Source: Leucoraja erinacea (lineage: Eukaryota). From it: a stretch of DNA of 64,000 bases. The DNA lies in contig NW_026576484.1 in NCBI RefSeq assembly GCF_028641065.1, positions 1 through 64,000 on the forward strand, read 5' to 3'. Made by a program: the position numbers and the translations under genes. The number at the start of each line of letters is the position of its first letter. The first letter of the stretch is position 1. The notes below the pieces were generated by a model. It saw nothing but the letters and a program-made list of their open reading frames with translations, was not told where the DNA came from and ran no database searches. Positions 60,398 to 64,000 of the stretch are shown here, one piece after another.

Positions 60398-62460
60398 GAT
60401 ATAACTATATAACAATTACAGCACGGAAACAGGCCATCTCGGCCCTTCTAGTCCGTGCTGAACACTTATTCTCCCCTAGTCCCATCTATCTGCACTCAGA
60501 CCATAACCCTTCATTCCTTTCCCGTCCATATACCTATCCAATTTATTTTTAAATGATAAAATCAAACCTGTCTCCACCACTTCCACTGGAAGCTCATTCC
60601 ACATAGCTACCACTCTCTGAGTAAAGAAGTCCCCCTCATGTTACCCCTAAACTTCCGTCCCTTAATTCTCAGGTCATGTCCCCTTGTTTAAATCTTCCCT
60701 ACTCTCAGTGGGAAAAGCTTTTCCACGTCAACTCTGTCTATCCCTCTCATCATTTTAAAGACCTCTATCAAGTCCCCCCTTAACCTTCTGCGCTCCAAAG
60801 ATTAAAGCCCTAACTTGTTAAACCTTTCTCTGTAACTTAGTTGCTGAAACCCAGGCAACATTCTAGTAAATCTCCTCTGTACTCTCTCTATTTTGTTGAC
60901 ATCCTTCCTATAATTAGGTGACCAAAACTGTACACCATACTCCAGAATTGGCCTCACCAATGCCTTGTACAATTTTAACATTACATCCCAACTTCTATAC
61001 TCAATGCTCTGATTTATAAAGGCCAGCACACCAAAAGCTTTCTTTACCACCCTATCTACATGAGATTCCACTTTCAGGGAAATGTGCACAGTTATTCCTA
61101 GATCCCTCTGTTCACCTACATTCTTCAATTCCCTACCATTTACCATGTATGTCCTATTTTGATTTGTCCTGCCAAGATGTAGCACCTCACACTTATCAGC
61201 ATTAAACTCCATCTGCCATCTTTCAGCCCACTCTTCCAACTGGCATAAATCTCTCTGTAAACTTTGAAACTCTACTTCTTTACCCGCAACCCCACCTATC
61301 TTAGTATCATCTGCATACTTACTAATCCAATTTACCACACCATCATCCAGATCATTGATGTACATGACAAACAACAGTGGACCCAACACAGATCCCTGTG
61401 GCACCCCACTCGTCACTGGCCTCCAACCTGACAAACAACCATCCACCATTACTCTCTGGCATCTCCCATTCAGCCACTGTTGAATCCATCTTGCTACTCC
61501 ATCATTAATACCCAACCATTGAACCTTCTTAACCAACCTTCCATGAGGAACCTTGTCAAAGCCCTTACTGAAGTTCATATACACAACATCCACTGCTTTA
61601 CCCTCATCAATTTCCCGAGTAACATCTTCAAAAAATTCAAGAAGATTAGTTAAACATGACCTTCCAGGCACAAATCCATGTTGACTGTTCCTAATCAGAC
61701 CCTGTTTATCCAGATGCTTATATATATTATCTCTAAGTATTCTTTCCATTAATTTGCCCACCACTGACGTCAAACTAACAGATCTATAATTGCTAGGTTT
61801 ACTCTTAGACCCCTTTTTAAACAATGGAACAACATGCGCAGTACGCCAATCCTCCGGCACTATTCCCGTTTCTAATGACATTTGAAATATTTCTGCCATA
61901 GCCCCTGCTATTTCTACACTAACTTCCCTCAATGTCCTAGGGAATATCCTGTCCGGACCTGGAGACTTATCCACTTTTATATTTCTCAAAAGTGTCAGTA
62001 CTTCCTCTTCTTTGACCCTCATAGTTTCCATAGCTACTCTACTTGTCTCCCTTACCTCACATAATTCAATATCCTTCTCCTTGGTGATTACCGAAGAAAA
62101 GAAACTGTTCAATATCTCTCCCATCTCTTTTGGCTCTGCAGATATTTGTCCACTCTGACTCTCTAATGGACCAATTTTATCCCTCGTTATCCTTTTGCTA
62201 TTAATATAGCGGTAGAAACCCTTCGGTTCTAGTTTAAAGTCTCCTCAGTAGCCTTTGCAATTCTCCCCACCAGGATATTAGTCCCCCTCGGGTTCAAGTG
62301 CAACCCGTCCTTTTTGTATAGGTCGCACCTTCCACAAAAGCAGTCCCAATGATCCAGAAACTTGAATCCCTACCCTCTGCACCAGTCCTTCAGCCACGCA
62401 TTTATCCTCCACCTCGCTCAGTTCCTACTCTCAGGCAGTATTCCCAAGATTGTTACCTTT
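60398..62460 (-). mobile_element. CR1 LINE with a 440-aa RT ORF (60802-62124) and internal deletion of the endonuclease
   Basis: All RT motifs present; 62229-62460 is the ORF1 C-terminus (DGLHLNPRGTNIL...TLN*). Confidence 0.92.
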
Positions 62461-62500
62461 TGGAGAATTGATTCTATTTGTTAAAACTCTTCAAATAGGT

Positions 62501-62850
62501 TGAAATGGTATGAAACTGCATTTGAATTTGGTGGCCTTGCACACGGCTTGAAATGGTATGGAACTGGACTTGAATTTGGTGGCCTTGCACCCTGCTTGAA
62601 ATGGTATGAAACTGCACTTGAATTTGGTGGTCTTGCGCCCCGTTTGAAATGGTATGAAACCGCACTTTGAATTTGTTGGCCTTGCACCCTGCTTGAATTA
62701 GTATGAAACTGCACTTGAACCCTGAATGAAATGGTATGAAACAGCATTTGAATTTGGTGGCTTCGCACCGTGCTTGAAATGGTATAAAACTGCATTTGAA
62801 ATTGGTGGCCTTGCACCCTGCTTGAAATGGTATGAAACTACACTTGAACC
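62501..62850 (+). repeat. 48-bp minisatellite, about 7 copies
   Basis: Unit tgaaatggtatgaaactgcatttgaatttggtggccttgcaccctgct. Confidence 0.9.
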
Positions 62851-62856
62851 CTGCAT

Positions 62857-63290
62857 GAAAGAGGCAGGCATAGCTAGGCCCCATGCACATGCCCATAGCT
62901 ATGCTTTGTATTTGGAGGAAATGGGAGGAGTCAACCAAAAAGTTATTGAGGGTAAGGACCAGTTCCGCTAGGCGGAGGAGAGTATTAGTAGACGGGGATT
63001 GGTTGGTTCTCCGGTCAAGGAAGAAACGTAGCGCTTTGAGACCCTCCTGGTGGGGATGGAGGTGTAGAGTGACTGGGCATCCATGGTGAAGATGAGGGAA
63101 TGGGGGCCTAGAAAACGGAAGTCCTGGAGTAGATGAAGAGCATGTGAGGTGTCTTGAGCATAGGTAGGGAGGGATTTAACCAGGGGGGATGGGAGTTGAG
63201 GTATGTGGAAATAGTTACGTAGGACACCAACAGGCAGAAACAATCGGTCTGCCAGGACAGTCAGGTTTATGGATTTTGAGGAGAAGATAA
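62857..63290 (-). mobile_element. Penelope-like RT fragment
   Basis: LPTYAQDTSHAL, IFTMDAQSLYTSIP, GMCMGPSYACLF. Confidence 0.85.
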
Positions 63291-63419
63291 AATCTTCAGA
63301 TCTCAGATCACAGTCCTCTCACTTTTTCGCTGTACTTGAAAAACACGACCTCATCATATAGAACCTAGAGATTGAACCCGCAGCTACTAACTGAAAAAGA
63401 GTTTTGTGAATATTTAACA

Positions 63420-63750
63420 TAGAGACATAGAAACATAGAAAATAGTTGCAGGAGTCGTGATTGTGATCCTGGCTGATCGTCCCCAATCAATAACCTTTGC
63501 CTGCCTTCTCCCCATATCCCTTGACTCCACTAGCCCCGAGAGCTCTATCTAACTCTCTCTTAAATATATCCAATGATTTGGCCTCCACTGCCCTCTGTGG
63601 CAGGGAATTCCACAAATTCACAACTCTCTGGGAGAAAATGTTTTTTCTCACCTCAGCCTTAAATGGCCTCCCCTTTATTCTAAGACTGTGGCCTCTAGTT
63701 CTGGACTCGACCAACATTGGGAACATTTTTCCTGTATCCAGCTTGTCCAG
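63420..63750 (-). mobile_element. CR1 3' end
   Basis: ESRTRGHSLRIKG, FSQRVVNLWNSLP; (TTTCTATG)n tail. Confidence 0.88.
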
Positions 63751-64000
63751 TCAAGTCAAGAGAGTTTATTGTCATGTGTCCCAGATCGGACAATTAAATT
63801 CTTGCTTTGCTTCAGCACAACAGAATATAGAAGGCATGAATACAGAACATATCAGTGTGTTCATATACCATTATATAAATATATACACATATTAATTAAT
63901 AAGTAGATAAAGTGCAAATAAACAGATAATGGTGTATTAATGTTCAGAGATTTGTTTTAGTTGAGTTTAATAGCCTGATGGCTGTGGGGAAGTAGCTATT

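Noticed and set aside
62501-62850. CRISPR-like array
   Set aside because: Contiguous tandem units without unique spacers; eukaryotic context

Overview
Repeat-dense vertebrate genomic DNA, most likely from a cartilaginous fish (skate/ray-like), inferred from HE1-type SINEs, HER1-like CR1 LINEs and Penelope-derived short elements. One host gene is supported: a six-exon + strand immunoglobulin-superfamily receptor (coding 145-22820, about 296 aa). It has a leader, a V domain with a germline-joined J-like FTGNGT motif, a C1 domain, a transmembrane helix carrying an Arg, and a short tail ending in an ITIM (INYENL). This is a non-rearranging VJ-C1 receptor of the NKp30/SIRP/antigen-receptor-precursor type. 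The stand-out observation is that the frame continues past the TAG as a fossil tail with TEYAVL and VTYSTV motifs. That tail is now cut off by the stop and by a poly(A) retro-insertion, suggesting an inhibitory receptor being converted or decaying. The rest of the window is nested transposons: a full-length CR1 inside an L2, hAT>CR1>Helitron>CR1 nesting, a spliced internally deleted hAT transposase, 31-33 bp micro-MITEs with 8-bp TSDs, a 7-bp-TSD family, hammerhead-bearing Penelope derivatives and an ERV LTR-PBS remnant. There are two assembly gaps (48212-48436, 57051-57205). All calls are by eye; no database searches were run.
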